Source: Dehalococcoidia bacterium
Lineage (GTDB): Bacteria > Chloroflexota > Dehalococcoidia > DSTF01 > JACRBR01
Reading direction: 5' to 3'
DNA length: 64,000 nucleotides
Assembly: GCA_041494685.1 (NCBI GenBank)
Contig: JBGQBE010000002.1
Coordinates: forward strand, 62,001 to 126,000
Under the pieces are notes generated by a model, which searched no databases, was not told where the DNA came from, and saw only the letters and a program-made list of their open reading frames with translations. Below, in pieces: positions 10,142 through 20,164 of this stretch (position 1 is the stretch's first letter; each line of letters opens with the position of its first letter). The position numbers and the translations under genes are program-made.

Positions 10142-11011
10142 TCAGCCCTTCATGAACTCCAGGATCTCGGCGTTCACGCGCTCCGGCGCCTCGCGCATCA
10201 TGAAGTGGCCAACGCCTTCGATCTTCTTCAGCGTGAAGTCCGCGAAGAACTGGCCCAGGTTGTCCGACCATGCGTACGGCAGGATCGAGTCGCTGTCACC
10301 CCAGAGGACCCGCGTCGGCGTCTTGATCGTCATACCGGCGCCCGGCGAGAACGCGCCGCCGCGCAGCGCCGCCCGGTAGCAGTTGAAGCCGCCCCGCAGC
10401 GCGCCCGGCTGCGAGTACGCCTCGACGTACGCCTCGATCTCGGTGTCGGTCCAGAGATCCTTGTCCGCCGACCACGCCGAGAGGAAGTGGCGCAGGTAGA
10501 TCTCCGTCGCCTTGCGGCTGGAGCCGACGAGGTCCTCCGCCCACGGCTGCTGGTGGAAGAGCTGGTACCACGTGTTGAGCACGTGCGGCAGCTCGAACCA
10601 GCGGCCGCCGATGCCCGGGTACGGCGGGTCGAATAGCATCAGCTTGTGCAGGCGGTCGGGGTACTCGCGCGCGAACTTCTGCACCCAAATGGCGCCGAAA
10701 TCGTGCGAGACGATACGCACCTTCTCCAGGTGGTAGAAGTCGCAGAACGCCTTGAGATCGGCGGCGTACACCGCGTCGGTGTAGCCCGCTTCCGGCGGCA
10801 GATCCGGCTTGTCGGAGTAGGCGTAGCCGCGCATGTCGGGCACGATGACGTCGTAGTGCTGCGCCAGCGCGTCGATGTTCTTGTGCCACTCGTACCAGAA
10901 CCCCGGCCAGCCGTGGATCAGCAGCAGCGGCTCGCCGCTGCCCTGCCGCACGTAGTGGAGCTTCACGCCGTTGACGGTGGTGTAGTGGTGGCTGAGCGTG
11001 TTTGCGGCCAT
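10142..11011 (-). CDS. Alpha/beta hydrolase (epoxide hydrolase-like)
   Basis: HGWP, PDMRGY, SHDFGA (Asp nucleophile), GHF. Confidence 0.9.
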   Translation of the reverse strand: MAANTLSHHYTTVNGVKLHYVRQGSGEPLLLIHGWPGFWYEWHKNIDALAQHYDVIVPDMRGYAYSDKPDLPPEAGYTDAVYAADLKAFCDFYHLEKVRIVSHDFGAIWVQKFAREYPDRLHKLMLFDPPYPGIGGRWFELPHVLNTWYQLFHQQPWAEDLVGSSRKATEIYLRHFLSAWSADKDLWTDTEIEAYVEAYSQPGALRGGFNCYRAALRGGAFSPGAGMTIKTPTRVLWGDSDSILPYAWSDNLGQFFADFTLKKIEGVGHFMMREAPERVNAEILEFMKG

Positions 11012-11049
11012 CGATTCGTCCTCCTGTGTACGGGCAGGTTTAGGTTATA

Positions 11050-11117
11050 AGAACCGAGAACTTAGAACCTAGAATCTGGGGCGCAGCACCGGCCTTAGGT
11101 TCTAAGTTCTTGGTTCT
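11050..11117. repeat. Heptamer-periodic inverted repeat (AGAACYN arms)
   Basis: 11050-11071 agaaccgagaacttagaaccta against 11096-11117 taggttctaagttcttggttct; 21 of 22 positions complementary. Confidence 0.85.
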
Positions 11118-11123
11118 GCCGGG

Positions 11124-13703
11124 CTAGTGCTCCTCGTCGACGATCGAGCTCATCAGCAGGGAGACGCGGCGGTTCAGGGCGTGGTGCTCGGGCTGCGTCA
11201 GGCCGGGGTCGGCGTCCAGCATGCGGCCCGCCTCGCCGCGCGTCAGCTCGATCAGCTTCACGTCCGTGAGGCGCGCGACCTTCAGCCCCGGCAGGCCCGA
11301 CTGCTTCGTGCCGAAGAACTGGCCCGGCCCGCGGATCGCCATGTCGGCCTCGGCCAGCCGGAAGCCGTCGGTGGTCTCCTCCATCAGCTCCAGCCGCTTG
11401 CGTGCCTCCTCGCTCGGCTCGTCGCACAGCAGCAGGCAATAGCTCTGCTCCGCTCCGCGGCCGACGCGCCCGCGGAACTGGTGCAGTTGCGCCAGCCCAA
11501 AGCGATCCGCGCCCTCGATCATCATCACGCTCGCGTTCGGTATGTCGATGCCGACCTCGATCACGGCGGTGGAGACGAGGATGTCGGCCTCGCCGTTACG
11601 GAAGCGGCGCATCACGTCGTCCTTCTGTTTCGACGACATGCGGCCGTGCAGCAGCGCCAGCCGCAGGTCCGGGTAGACCTGCCGCTGCAGCCGCTCGTAC
11701 TCCGCCGTGGCCGACTTCACGTCCAGTGTCTCCGACTCCTCGACGAGCGGGCAGATGACGAATGCCTGCCGCCCGGCCTGCACCTGCCCGCGCACGAAGC
11801 GCTCCGCGTCGCCGCGCTCGTCCGGGCCGACCCAGCTCGTCTTGATCTGCTGGCGGCCCGGCGGCATCTCATCGATGACGGAGATGTCGAGGTCGCCGTA
11901 GAGCGTCAGCGCGAGCGTGCGCGGGATCGGCGTGGCGGTCATCACCAGCATGTGCGGCGTGTGGGCGGCGTGCGCCCCCTTCTCTCGCAACGCCGCGCGC
12001 TGCATGACGCCGAAGCGGTGCTGCTCGTCGACGACGGCGACGCCGAGGTCATGGAAGCGGACGCCGCCCTGGATCAGCGCGTGCGTGCCGCAGGCGACGT
12101 CGATCTCGCCGCGCTCCAGCGCCTCGTACAGCTCGCGACGCTCCTTCGCCTTCAGGCTGCCGGTGAGCAGCGCGATGCGGATCTCGCCGGGGCGGTCGCG
12201 GTGCTCGAACAGCGAGGGGGCGCGCAGCGGGTCGAGGAACGGCGGCCGCGCCGTCGCCACGGGTCCGTCGCCGCCGTTCGCGCCGAACAGCGTCTTCAGC
12301 GTGCGGAAGTGCTGCTCCGCCAGGATCTCGGTCGGCGCCATCATCACGCCCTGGCGGCCGTTCTCGATGGCGGCGACCAGCGCGGCGGCCGCGATGACGG
12401 TCTTGCCGCTTCCGACGTCGCCCTGCACCAGCCGCGACATCGGGACGGGGCGGCGCAGGTCGTTCAGCACGTCGAACAGCACGCGGTCCTGCGCGCCGGT
12501 CAGCGTGAACGGCAGCGCCTCGCGGAAGCCGCGCTCGACCACGGGCGACGTGGGCATCGGCTCGGCGGGCGCGCTCTTCTGGAAGAGGCGACGGCGCAGT
12601 TGCATCGTCAGCTGGATCGGCAGCAACTCTTCGAACGCGAGGCGGCGGCGCCCCCACTCGAGCGCGGCGCGGTCGGTGGGATAGTGCATCTGCGCGACGG
12701 CCTGCGCGATCGGCGCGAGATCGAGGCGGCGGCGCATCTCTTCGGGCAGCGGGTCCGGCAGCCGGTCGCCGAAGCGCTCCAGCGCCTCCTGCATGACGCG
12801 GCGGACGGTGCGGTTCTGCAGGCCGGCCGTAAGCGAATAGATCGGCACCAGGCGGCCGGTGTGGATCAGGTCGGGGCTCCAGATCTCCCACTCCGGGTTG
12901 TCGAACTTCGGGCGGCCCTTGTACTCGCTGACCCGGCCGGAGACGACGATCTCCGCGTTGCGGGGCAGCTGCTTCGCCACCCACGGCTGGTTGAACCAGA
13001 GGCAGGTCATCATGCCGCTGGAGTCGCCGATCGTCGCCTCCGCCGAGCGCATGCGGTAGCCCATGACGCGCTCCTTGGCGTCCCACACCTGGGCACGCAC
13101 GGTCTGCTCGCGGCCCGGCTCCAGCTGCGAGATCGGCACGGGCTCGCCGTAGTCGACGTGGCGGCGCGGGAAGAACAGCAGCAGCTCCTGGACCGTGCGG
13201 ATGTTGAGCTTGTCGAACTTCACGCCCAGCGCGAATGGCACCCGCTTGAGCGCGAAAATCGGCGCTTCGACGCCGAGCCCCTCGATCTCCTCGGGCGAGA
13301 ATCGCGGCGGCGTCTGCGCCAGCCGCGGCTGCGCGGCTTTCGCCGCGGCTGCGCGCGATGCGGCGGGCGTCGCGCGTCCGGTGGCGGGCTTCGCGCCGGG
13401 CGCGGCCGCGGCCGGGCTCACGACGGGCCGACTGTCGCTACCGGTGGGCCGCTTCCCGCTCTGGACCTCCTTCAGGACGGCCAGCGTCTCTTCGATCCAC
13501 TGCTTGCGGCGCGCGGGCGTCAGCGAGCGGTAGCCAGCGACGGGCAGCCCCTGGATGCGGGCGTAGACATCGCTGTTGAGCTGCGACGCCTCGTGCGTGG
13601 CGAGGTTCTTGAGGAAGACGTCGAGGCCCGCGGTGACGGCGCGGTCGTTGAAGCGCTTGGCGCGCTCCAGTTCCAGGACCTTCCGAAGACGGTCTTCGGT
13701 CAT
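11124..13703 (-). CDS. recG: ATP-dependent DNA helicase RecG
   Basis: QGDVGSGKT, DEQHRFG, MTATPIPRTL, QFRGRVGRG, wedge domain; start placed at MTEDRLRK. Confidence 0.96.
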   Translation of the reverse strand: MTEDRLRKVLELERAKRFNDRAVTAGLDVFLKNLATHEASQLNSDVYARIQGLPVAGYRSLTPARRKQWIEETLAVLKEVQSGKRPTGSDSRPVVSPAAAAPGAKPATGRATPAASRAAAAKAAQPRLAQTPPRFSPEEIEGLGVEAPIFALKRVPFALGVKFDKLNIRTVQELLLFFPRRHVDYGEPVPISQLEPGREQTVRAQVWDAKERVMGYRMRSAEATIGDSSGMMTCLWFNQPWVAKQLPRNAEIVVSGRVSEYKGRPKFDNPEWEIWSPDLIHTGRLVPIYSLTAGLQNRTVRRVMQEALERFGDRLPDPLPEEMRRRLDLAPIAQAVAQMHYPTDRAALEWGRRRLAFEELLPIQLTMQLRRRLFQKSAPAEPMPTSPVVERGFREALPFTLTGAQDRVLFDVLNDLRRPVPMSRLVQGDVGSGKTVIAAAALVAAIENGRQGVMMAPTEILAEQHFRTLKTLFGANGGDGPVATARPPFLDPLRAPSLFEHRDRPGEIRIALLTGSLKAKERRELYEALERGEIDVACGTHALIQGGVRFHDLGVAVVDEQHRFGVMQRAALREKGAHAAHTPHMLVMTATPIPRTLALTLYGDLDISVIDEMPPGRQQIKTSWVGPDERGDAERFVRGQVQAGRQAFVICPLVEESETLDVKSATAEYERLQRQVYPDLRLALLHGRMSSKQKDDVMRRFRNGEADILVSTAVIEVGIDIPNASVMMIEGADRFGLAQLHQFRGRVGRGAEQSYCLLLCDEPSEEARKRLELMEETTDGFRLAEADMAIRGPGQFFGTKQSGLPGLKVARLTDVKLIELTRGEAGRMLDADPGLTQPEHHALNRRVSLLMSSIVDEEH

Positions 13704-13747
13704 CGTGACCAGCAGCAGCGGGGGCCTGCCCTCTAGGACGCTCGATC

Positions 13748-13762
13748 TAGCGCAGATGTTCG
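13748..13762 (-). promoter_or_regulatory. Putative LexA (SOS)-like box upstream of recG
   Basis: Minus strand CGAACATCTGCGCTA; 14 of 15 identical to the site at 52706-52720. Confidence 0.45.
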
Positions 13763-13885
13763 AGATCAGCGTAGGCGGCGGGCGGATCGGGGTCAAGAAC
13801 GGCTTGGATCGCCGCTTCTTGCCCCCAACCCGTGCGCGGACGACACTGCGCACGCATCACGGGAGATCACGCAAAGGACGGGGAC

Positions 13886-14671
13886 ATGCTGCTGAAGGAC
13901 AGGGTGGCGATCATCACGGGCGGCGGGCGCGGCATCGGCCGCGGCACGGCGCTGCGCTTCGCGAAGGAGGGCGCGCGGCTCGCGCTGGTGGACCTGGAGC
14001 AGGCGCACCTGGACGAGACGGCGAAGGAGCTGGACGCCGGCGGCACCGGCGTCCAGTACATCATGCTACAGGGCGACGTCAGCAGCAGCACCGACGTGCA
14101 GCGCTTCTTCGACGCGACGGTCGAGCGCTTCGGCCGGCTCGATATCCTGGTCAACAACGCCGGCATCGGCAACCCGCCCGTGCCGATCATCAACATGCCG
14201 GAGGAGGCGTGGGACCGCACGCTGGCGGTGAACCTGAAGAGCGTCTTCCTCTGCTCGAAGCTGGCGGCACTGCAGTACATCAAGCAGGGCGGCGGCGGGC
14301 GGATCATCAGCGTCGCCTCGCAGGCGGGCAAGACCGGCTACGCGATGCTGACGCCGTACTGTGCGTCGAAGGCCGGCATCATCCTGTTCACGCAGGCGTT
14401 CGCGAAGGAAGTGGGCGCGCACCAGATCAACGTGAACTGCGTCTGCCCCGGCACCATCGACACGCCGTTGCTGCGCGGCGCGGGGTTGGGGCTGGCGAGC
14501 AGCGACGAGTTCTTCAAAGCGATCGTGGGCAACGTGCTGCCGACGATCCCGCTGGGCCGCGTCGGCTACCCGGCGGACGTGGCGAAGGCGATCACGTTCC
14601 TGGCGAGCGATGACGCGGACTACATGACCGGCCAGGCAGTCAACATCAGCGGCGGCCAGGAGATGCACTGA
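13886..14671 (+). CDS. SDR-family oxidoreductase
   Basis: TGGGRGIG, NNAGI, YCASK, VNCVCPG. Confidence 0.93.
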   Translation: MLLKDRVAIITGGGRGIGRGTALRFAKEGARLALVDLEQAHLDETAKELDAGGTGVQYIMLQGDVSSSTDVQRFFDATVERFGRLDILVNNAGIGNPPVPIINMPEEAWDRTLAVNLKSVFLCSKLAALQYIKQGGGGRIISVASQAGKTGYAMLTPYCASKAGIILFTQAFAKEVGAHQINVNCVCPGTIDTPLLRGAGLGLASSDEFFKAIVGNVLPTIPLGRVGYPADVAKAITFLASDDADYMTGQAVNISGGQEMH

Positions 14672-14680
14672 GCTGATCTG

Positions 14681-14740
14681 CTGGAGATTGGAGATTGGAA
14701 TGGGACGGGCCCAGTTTCCAATCTCCAGTTTCTACTCTCC
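14681..14740. repeat. Heptamer-periodic inverted repeat (TGGAGAT arms)
   Basis: ctggagattggagattggaa followed by ttccaatctccagtttcta. Confidence 0.8.
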
Positions 14741-14758
14741 AGCCGCTACCCTGACGCC

Positions 14759-16162
14759 ATGCACCCCCGCACGACCGCTGCCGTAATCGCCGGGAAGCTC
14801 GCCGGTGCGGCGAGCCGCCTTTCCGGGCGCGGCGGCGGCACCGCCATCGCCGGGTTGGTGGCCCTGCGCATCGACCCCGCGATCGTGCGGCGGCTGGCGG
14901 CGCAGGCCGGCGGCGGCGCCATCGCCGTCACCGGCACGAACGGCAAGACCACCACCTCGCTCATGCTCAACCGCATCGCCGCGGCGGCGGGGCTGCGGCC
15001 GCTGCACAACAGCAGCGGCTCGAACCTGATCCGCGGCGTCGCGGCGGCATTCGTCGAGGCGGCGACGCCGTCCGGCGCCATCCCGGACGCCGCGCGGCGG
15101 CTGGCCGTGCTGGAGGTGGACGAGGCGACACTGCCGGAGATCGTGCGCAGCGCCGCGCCGCGCGTCATCGTCTTTACGAACCTCTTCCGCGACCAGCTCG
15201 ACCGCTACGGCGAAGTGGACGCGGTCGCGGCGGCGTGGGCGCGCGCGTTGGCCGCCGCCCCCGCGGACACGACGCTCGTGCTCAACGCCGACGACCCCGG
15301 CGTCGCGCACCTGGGTCGCGGCGCGAAGGCGCGCGTGCTGTACTACGGCGTCGACGACACGAGTGTGGCCGGCGACGGCGACCAGCACGCGTCGGACTTC
15401 CGCACCTGCCTCGCCTGCGGCGCGGAGCTGGCGTACACCGCGACGTTCTACGGCCACGTCGGCCACTGGCGCTGCACCGGCTGCGACAACCGCCGCCCCG
15501 CGCCGGACGTCCGCATCACGCGCGTCGCGCTGCACCACGACGCCAGCGAGATCGAGATCGTGGCGGGCGGTACGGCGCTGCGCGTGACGCTGCCGCTGGC
15601 GGGGCTCTACAACGCCTACAACGCGCTCGCCGCGGCGGCCGGCAGCCTGGCGCTGGCGCTGCCGCACGAAGCGATCGTGACGGCGCTCGACGGCTTCTCG
15701 GCGGCGTTCGGGCGGCAGGAGCGCTTCCGAGTCGGCGGGCGCGACGTGCAGGTGCTGCTGGGGAAGAATCCGACCGGGCTGAACCAGGTGCTGCGGACGA
15801 TCGCCGCGCGCGCGGACGGCGCCGCGGAGCTGCGCATCCTCTTCTTCCTGAACGACGGCTTCGCCGACGGCCGCGACATCTCGTGGATCTGGGACGCCGA
15901 CTACGAACTGGTGCGCCCGCGCGCCGCGTGGACGATGGCCGCCGGCACGCGCGCGGAGGACCTGGCGCTTCGGCTGAAGTACGCCGGATTCGGCGACGAC
16001 GTGCCGCTGGAGCGCGCGACCGCGCCGGCGCTGCGCCGCGCGCTCGAGGCGACGCCGGCAGACGGCACGCTGTACGTCGTGCCGACCTACACGGCGATGC
16101 TGGAGGTGCGCGAGCTGCTGGCGAAGCAGGGCGGCGCGCGCCACTTCTGGGAGGACGCATGA
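14759..16162 (+). CDS. murT: Lipid II isoglutaminyl synthase subunit MurT
   Basis: TGTNGKTTT, LEVDEA, NLFRDQLDRYGE, CxxC..CxxC zinc finger, DGRDISWIWD, PTYTAML. Confidence 0.93.
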   Translation: MHPRTTAAVIAGKLAGAASRLSGRGGGTAIAGLVALRIDPAIVRRLAAQAGGGAIAVTGTNGKTTTSLMLNRIAAAAGLRPLHNSSGSNLIRGVAAAFVEAATPSGAIPDAARRLAVLEVDEATLPEIVRSAAPRVIVFTNLFRDQLDRYGEVDAVAAAWARALAAAPADTTLVLNADDPGVAHLGRGAKARVLYYGVDDTSVAGDGDQHASDFRTCLACGAELAYTATFYGHVGHWRCTGCDNRRPAPDVRITRVALHHDASEIEIVAGGTALRVTLPLAGLYNAYNALAAAAGSLALALPHEAIVTALDGFSAAFGRQERFRVGGRDVQVLLGKNPTGLNQVLRTIAARADGAAELRILFFLNDGFADGRDISWIWDADYELVRPRAAWTMAAGTRAEDLALRLKYAGFGDDVPLERATAPALRRALEATPADGTLYVVPTYTAMLEVRELLAKQGGARHFWEDA

Positions 16163-16902
16163 GCGGCCCGGTCCTGCGCGTGACGCACCTGTACCCGCGC
16201 CTGATGAACATCTACGGCGACCGCGGCAACATCATGTGCCTGCGCCGCCGCTGCGAGGCGCGCGGCATCGGCTTCGAGCTGACCGAGCTGGGGCTGCGCG
16301 ACCCCTTCGACGCGGCGGCGTGCGAACTGATCTTCGCCGGCGGCGCGCAAGACCGCGAGCAGCGCGCCGTCGCGGACGACCTGTTAACCACGAAGGCGGA
16401 AGCGGTGCGCGCGGCGGTCGAGGACGGCGTGGCACTGCTGGCCGTCTGCGGCGCCTACCAGCTCTTCGGCCGCTTCTACCGCGAGGCCTCCGGCGCGGAG
16501 CTGCCCGGCGCGGGCGTCTTCGACCTCTACACGGAGCATCCGGGCGAGGGCGCGCGCCGCTGCATCGGCAACATCGTCGCGGAGTGGGAGGCGCCCGGCG
16601 GCACGGAGACGATCGTCGGGTTCGAGAACCACGGCGGGCGGACGCGGCTCGGCGCGGGCGTGCGGCCACTGGCGCGCGTACGGCACGGATTCGGCAACAA
16701 CGGGGAGGACGGCACCGAGGGCGCGGTGTACCGGAACGCCATCGGCACCTACGTCCACGGCTCGCTCCTGCCCAAGAACCCCGCGCTCGCGGACCACGTC
16801 ATCCGCCTGGCGCTGCATCACCGCTACGGCGACATCGAGCTGTCGTCGATCGACGATCGCGCCGAGCAGCGCGCCCACGCCGCCGCCCTCCGCCTGCGCT
16901 GA
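16159..16902 (+). CDS. gatD: Glutamine amidotransferase subunit GatD
   Basis: LYPRLMNIYGDRGN, VCGAYQL, GFENHGG, YVHGSLLPKNP; ATGA overlap with murT. Confidence 0.93.
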   Translation: MSGPVLRVTHLYPRLMNIYGDRGNIMCLRRRCEARGIGFELTELGLRDPFDAAACELIFAGGAQDREQRAVADDLLTTKAEAVRAAVEDGVALLAVCGAYQLFGRFYREASGAELPGAGVFDLYTEHPGEGARRCIGNIVAEWEAPGGTETIVGFENHGGRTRLGAGVRPLARVRHGFGNNGEDGTEGAVYRNAIGTYVHGSLLPKNPALADHVIRLALHHRYGDIELSSIDDRAEQRAHAAALRLR

Positions 16903-16971
16903 GCCCTGGACGCGAAGACGACACGCTGGGGGGATAGCGTGCCGGCCTCAGGAGCAACCTTATTCCGCGCA

Positions 16972-17319
16972 TCAGCGCGCGACGGCCTGGTACAGCGCGC
17001 CCAGGTAGCCGCCGGGAGGCGGGAGAGCTTCCTCCCGGCCGGTCCACGCGGGCATCTTGCCGTCGCCGTCGAACTCCATCGATTCGATGTGGACGTGCGC
17101 GCCCGGCAGGATCGACTCCGCCAGGCGCCCGAGCGCGTCGTCGTCGGCGCAGGTCGCGATCATGATCGCCGCACAGGCGCCCTGATCCGGCCGGAACACC
17201 ACCGAATGCATGCCATCGTCCCGCAACTCGTACGTACGCCCGACGATGGCCACGCCGACGTCGTCCGGCGTCGGGGCGGGAATACCGGTCCAGTTGAGCA
17301 TCGAGACGAACGTTGGCAT
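16972..17319 (-). CDS. Small hypothetical protein with GYD-domain-like N-terminus
   Basis: MPTFVSMLNWT resembles GYD-family N-termini; the GxYD motif itself is not evident. Confidence 0.5.
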   Translation of the reverse strand: MPTFVSMLNWTGIPAPTPDDVGVAIVGRTYELRDDGMHSVVFRPDQGACAAIMIATCADDDALGRLAESILPGAHVHIESMEFDGDGKMPAWTGREEALPPPGGYLGALYQAVAR

Positions 17320-17523
17320 CGCGACAGGGTTCTTTCTGCTACGTCACATCGGTCACAGGAAATATCGGAGCGGAGGATTAAGGACGCATTCCGAAGGTGT
17401 TAGACAAGTGTAAAACGCGCGGCCGGCGAACGCCGCGCCAGATCAGTTGCACGCCCCTGGCGACGATGGCGCCGTGGCTCGGTTAAACTATCCCGAAACG
17501 ACTGTCTGGCTGCCGGGGGACGC

Positions 17524-17985
17524 ATGAAGCTGACGAGCCGGGGCGAACTCGCCCTCAAGGCCGTCCTGGAACTGTCGAAGGTGGAGCACACGGCCGCGCC
17601 AGGCCTCTCCGCGGCCGAGATAGCCCGCCGCTGCAACGCGTCCGTGAAGTTCCTGGAGCAGGTGCTGGCGCAACTCAAGGCCGGCGGCTACGTCGTCAGC
17701 CGCCTGGGCGCGCGCGGCGGCTACCGCCTGACGCGCGGCCCGGAAGAGATCTTCGTCGGCGAGGTCAGCCGGCTGATCGACGGGCCGCTGGCGCCAGCGC
17801 CATGCGCAAGCCTCACCCAGCACCGCACGTGCGACTGGTGCGAAGACGAGGCGAGCTGCACGCTGAAGTCTGTCTGGATCGAGGTGCGCGACGCCGTCGC
17901 GAACGTGATGGACGGCGTCTCGTTCGGCGAGCTGGTGCGCCGCGCCGAGGCCGAGGGCGGGCGCCCGGCGCGTTACTACATCTGA
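17524..17985 (+). CDS. Rrf2-family transcriptional regulator
   Basis: FLEQVLAQLK..G.V.SRLGARGGY; Cys-rich C-terminus. Confidence 0.92.
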   Translation: MKLTSRGELALKAVLELSKVEHTAAPGLSAAEIARRCNASVKFLEQVLAQLKAGGYVVSRLGARGGYRLTRGPEEIFVGEVSRLIDGPLAPAPCASLTQHRTCDWCEDEASCTLKSVWIEVRDAVANVMDGVSFGELVRRAEAEGGRPARYYI

Positions 17986-18025
17986 CGCCGCGCATCGCCG
18001 CGCACAAGCCGCAGGAGCGATTGCC

Positions 18026-18337
18026 ATGATGAAGATCCTCGTCGTCCTGACGCGCCGCACCGACATGAGCCGCGACGACTTCCGCCGCTACTGGCGCGAC
18101 GTGCACGGCCCGATCGGCGCGTCGATGCCGGGTGTGCGCCGCTACGTGCAGAACCACGCGACGATCGACGCCGCGCCGTTCGACGGCCTCGCGGAGATGT
18201 GGTTCGACACGACGGAGGACATGCAGCGCGCGTTCACCTCGCCGCAAGCGCAGGAAGCGGCGGCCGACACGGCCAACTTCCTCAGCAACACGCAGGTCGT
18301 GATGGTCGAAGAAGTCGAAATGGAGATTGGAGACTAG
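18026..18337 (+). CDS. EthD-family protein
   Basis: FRRYWRDVHGP, PGVRRYVQN, FDGLAEMWFD. Confidence 0.88.
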   Translation: MMKILVVLTRRTDMSRDDFRRYWRDVHGPIGASMPGVRRYVQNHATIDAAPFDGLAEMWFDTTEDMQRAFTSPQAQEAAADTANFLSNTQVVMVEEVEMEIGD

Positions 18338-18344
18338 AGACTGG

Positions 18345-18376
18345 AGGGGGCCGCGTCATGTGACGCGGCCCCCTCT
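18345..18376. terminator. Stem-loop between convergent genes
   Basis: gggggccgcgtca / tgacgcggccccc, flanked by heptamer tracts (18320-18345 and 18387-18409). Confidence 0.6.
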
Positions 18377-18411
18377 TATCGCTTCGCCAACCGCTAACGG
18401 CTAACCGCTGC

Positions 18412-19536
18412 CTAGACGGCCAACGCGTCCGCGACGAGCTCGCGGTGGTAGTCGGCGTCGCCCCACGCCAGCTCCGACGCCTTCTGGCGGCGGAAGTAGA
18501 GCTGGATCTTGTAGTCCTTCGTGAAGCCGATACCGCCGTGGATCTGCTGGCCGTGCGCGACGACGCGGCGCGTCGCCTCGCTGCACCAGGCCTTCGCCAT
18601 GTGCATGTTCGTGTCCGCGTCCGCCTCGTCCTGGTCCACCGACCACGCCGCGCGGTACGTGATGAAGCGCGCGCCGTCGACGTCGGTCACCATGTCGGCG
18701 GCCTTGTGCTGGATCGCCTGGAACGAGCCGATCGGCCGACCGAACTGGATGCGGTCCTTGGCGTACTGCACGCTGACGTCGAAGTCCATCTGCGCCAGGC
18801 CCACCAGGTACGCGCACTCCAGTACCGTGGCCTTGCGCTGCACCTTCTTCAGGGTCGCCGCGCCGCCCGGGATGACGTTCGCCTTCGGGACCTTCACGTT
18901 CTCGAACTTCACCTCCGCCTGCTTGTCGGCGGCGATGGTCTTGAGCTGCGTCTGGCTGATGCCCGACGCCTTCGCGTCGACGATGACGAGCGTGATGCCG
19001 TCGTCGCCCTTGGTGCCCGGCTTGCGGCCGACCACGGTGAAGAAGTCGGCCACGTTCGCGTCGCGGATGAAGAGCTTGGTGCCGTTCAACACGACGTCGT
19101 TGCCGCTTTCCTTCACCTCAAGCGATACGCCCTGCGTGTCGAAGCGGGCGGACGGCTCGGTGTAGGCCAACGTCCAGATGGCGTTGCCGCTGGCGATCTG
19201 CGGCAGGTACTGCTTCTTCTGGTCGTCGGTGCCGCCCTCCAGCAGCGGCAGCACACCACCGACCTGCGTCGAGATGAACGGCCCCGGCACCAGCGCGCGG
19301 CCGAACTCCTCGATCAGGATGATCAGGTCCAGGTAGCCGAAGCCGGCGCCGCCCAGATTCTCCGGGATCAGCAGCCCCTGCCAGCCCTGCTCCGCCATCT
19401 GCTTCCACAGGCTCGGCGAGTAGCCCTTCTCGTCGTCCTCCATCTCGCGCACGAGAGATTCCGGGCACTCCTTCTCCAGGAAGTCGCGCGCCGCATTCTT
19501 CAACAGTTCTTGTTCTTCAGACAGTCCCAGGTCCAT
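18412..19536 (-). CDS. Acyl-CoA dehydrogenase, short FadE27/ChsE5-like partner subunit
   Basis: RIQFGRPIGSFQAIQHK, QIHGGIGFT, ELAWGDADYHRE; lacks the GGTSEIQ FAD segment. Confidence 0.88.
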   Translation of the reverse strand: MDLGLSEEQELLKNAARDFLEKECPESLVREMEDDEKGYSPSLWKQMAEQGWQGLLIPENLGGAGFGYLDLIILIEEFGRALVPGPFISTQVGGVLPLLEGGTDDQKKQYLPQIASGNAIWTLAYTEPSARFDTQGVSLEVKESGNDVVLNGTKLFIRDANVADFFTVVGRKPGTKGDDGITLVIVDAKASGISQTQLKTIAADKQAEVKFENVKVPKANVIPGGAATLKKVQRKATVLECAYLVGLAQMDFDVSVQYAKDRIQFGRPIGSFQAIQHKAADMVTDVDGARFITYRAAWSVDQDEADADTNMHMAKAWCSEATRRVVAHGQQIHGGIGFTKDYKIQLYFRRQKASELAWGDADYHRELVADALAV

Positions 19537-19588
19537 GTCGCTACAGCTCCTTTCAGCCGTGACTTACCGTTGTGCTCTTCCGCCGCTC

Positions 19589-19648
19589 GGAGGTCAGAGG
19601 TCAGACGTCGCGTCCCGCGGCCCAACGTCTCACTTCCAACCTCCAACG
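19589..19648. repeat. Degenerate heptamer inverted repeat (GAGGTCA arms)
   Basis: ggaggtcagaggtcagacgt followed by acgtctcacttccaacctcc. Confidence 0.6.
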
Positions 19649-19713
19649 AGCTTCAGCGGCCCCGTGCCGCCCCACTCCGTCGCTCGATAGGTCCCCTCCT
19701 TCGTCCCGCTTCC

Positions 19714-20109
19714 TTACGTGCCCGGTTCCAGATTGGCCGCGTCGCGGACGGCGTCCGCCAGCTCCTGGTTGTGCAGCGTGCGCGCCCACGCCGGCCACGC
19801 GAGGAAGATCACCGCGCAGATCACGCCCGGCCACGCCGCCCAGAACAGGTACTCGCTCCGGAAGGCCTCACCCTTCGTCAGCGTGTGTCCGTCGAGGCAC
19901 GCCTGCGTCCGCGCGTTCACGTCAGCCTGCGGCACGTCCTGCTGGTCGATGCCGCGCTCCACGGCGATCACGTGCTTGAAATCGGCGCAGTTGTTATGCG
20001 TCGCGCCCGTCGCGATGGCGCCGGTCGCGTAGAGCACGCTGCCCACGCCAAGCGCCACGGCGTAGATCCCCACCGCCAGCATCACCGCGATCCCGATCCG
20101 CTTCGTCAC
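19714..20109 (-). CDS. Hypothetical membrane protein
   Basis: N-terminal and C-terminal hydrophobic helices; Cys pair in the loop. Confidence 0.65.
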   Translation of the reverse strand: MTKRIGIAVMLAVGIYAVALGVGSVLYATGAIATGATHNNCADFKHVIAVERGIDQQDVPQADVNARTQACLDGHTLTKGEAFRSEYLFWAAWPGVICAVIFLAWPAWARTLHNQELADAVRDAANLEPGT

Positions 20110-20164
20110 CTGACTCCGTCCCTCGCCTTCCGATTCCTGCGCTCTGCTGTCTGTTCTCGCGGCG

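Noticed and set aside
11127..13736. Long antisense ORFs (11127..13736, 7883..10636, 18445..20253, 61486..63450 and others)
   Set aside because: Shadow frames of recognisable opposite-strand genes in GC-rich DNA; no motifs
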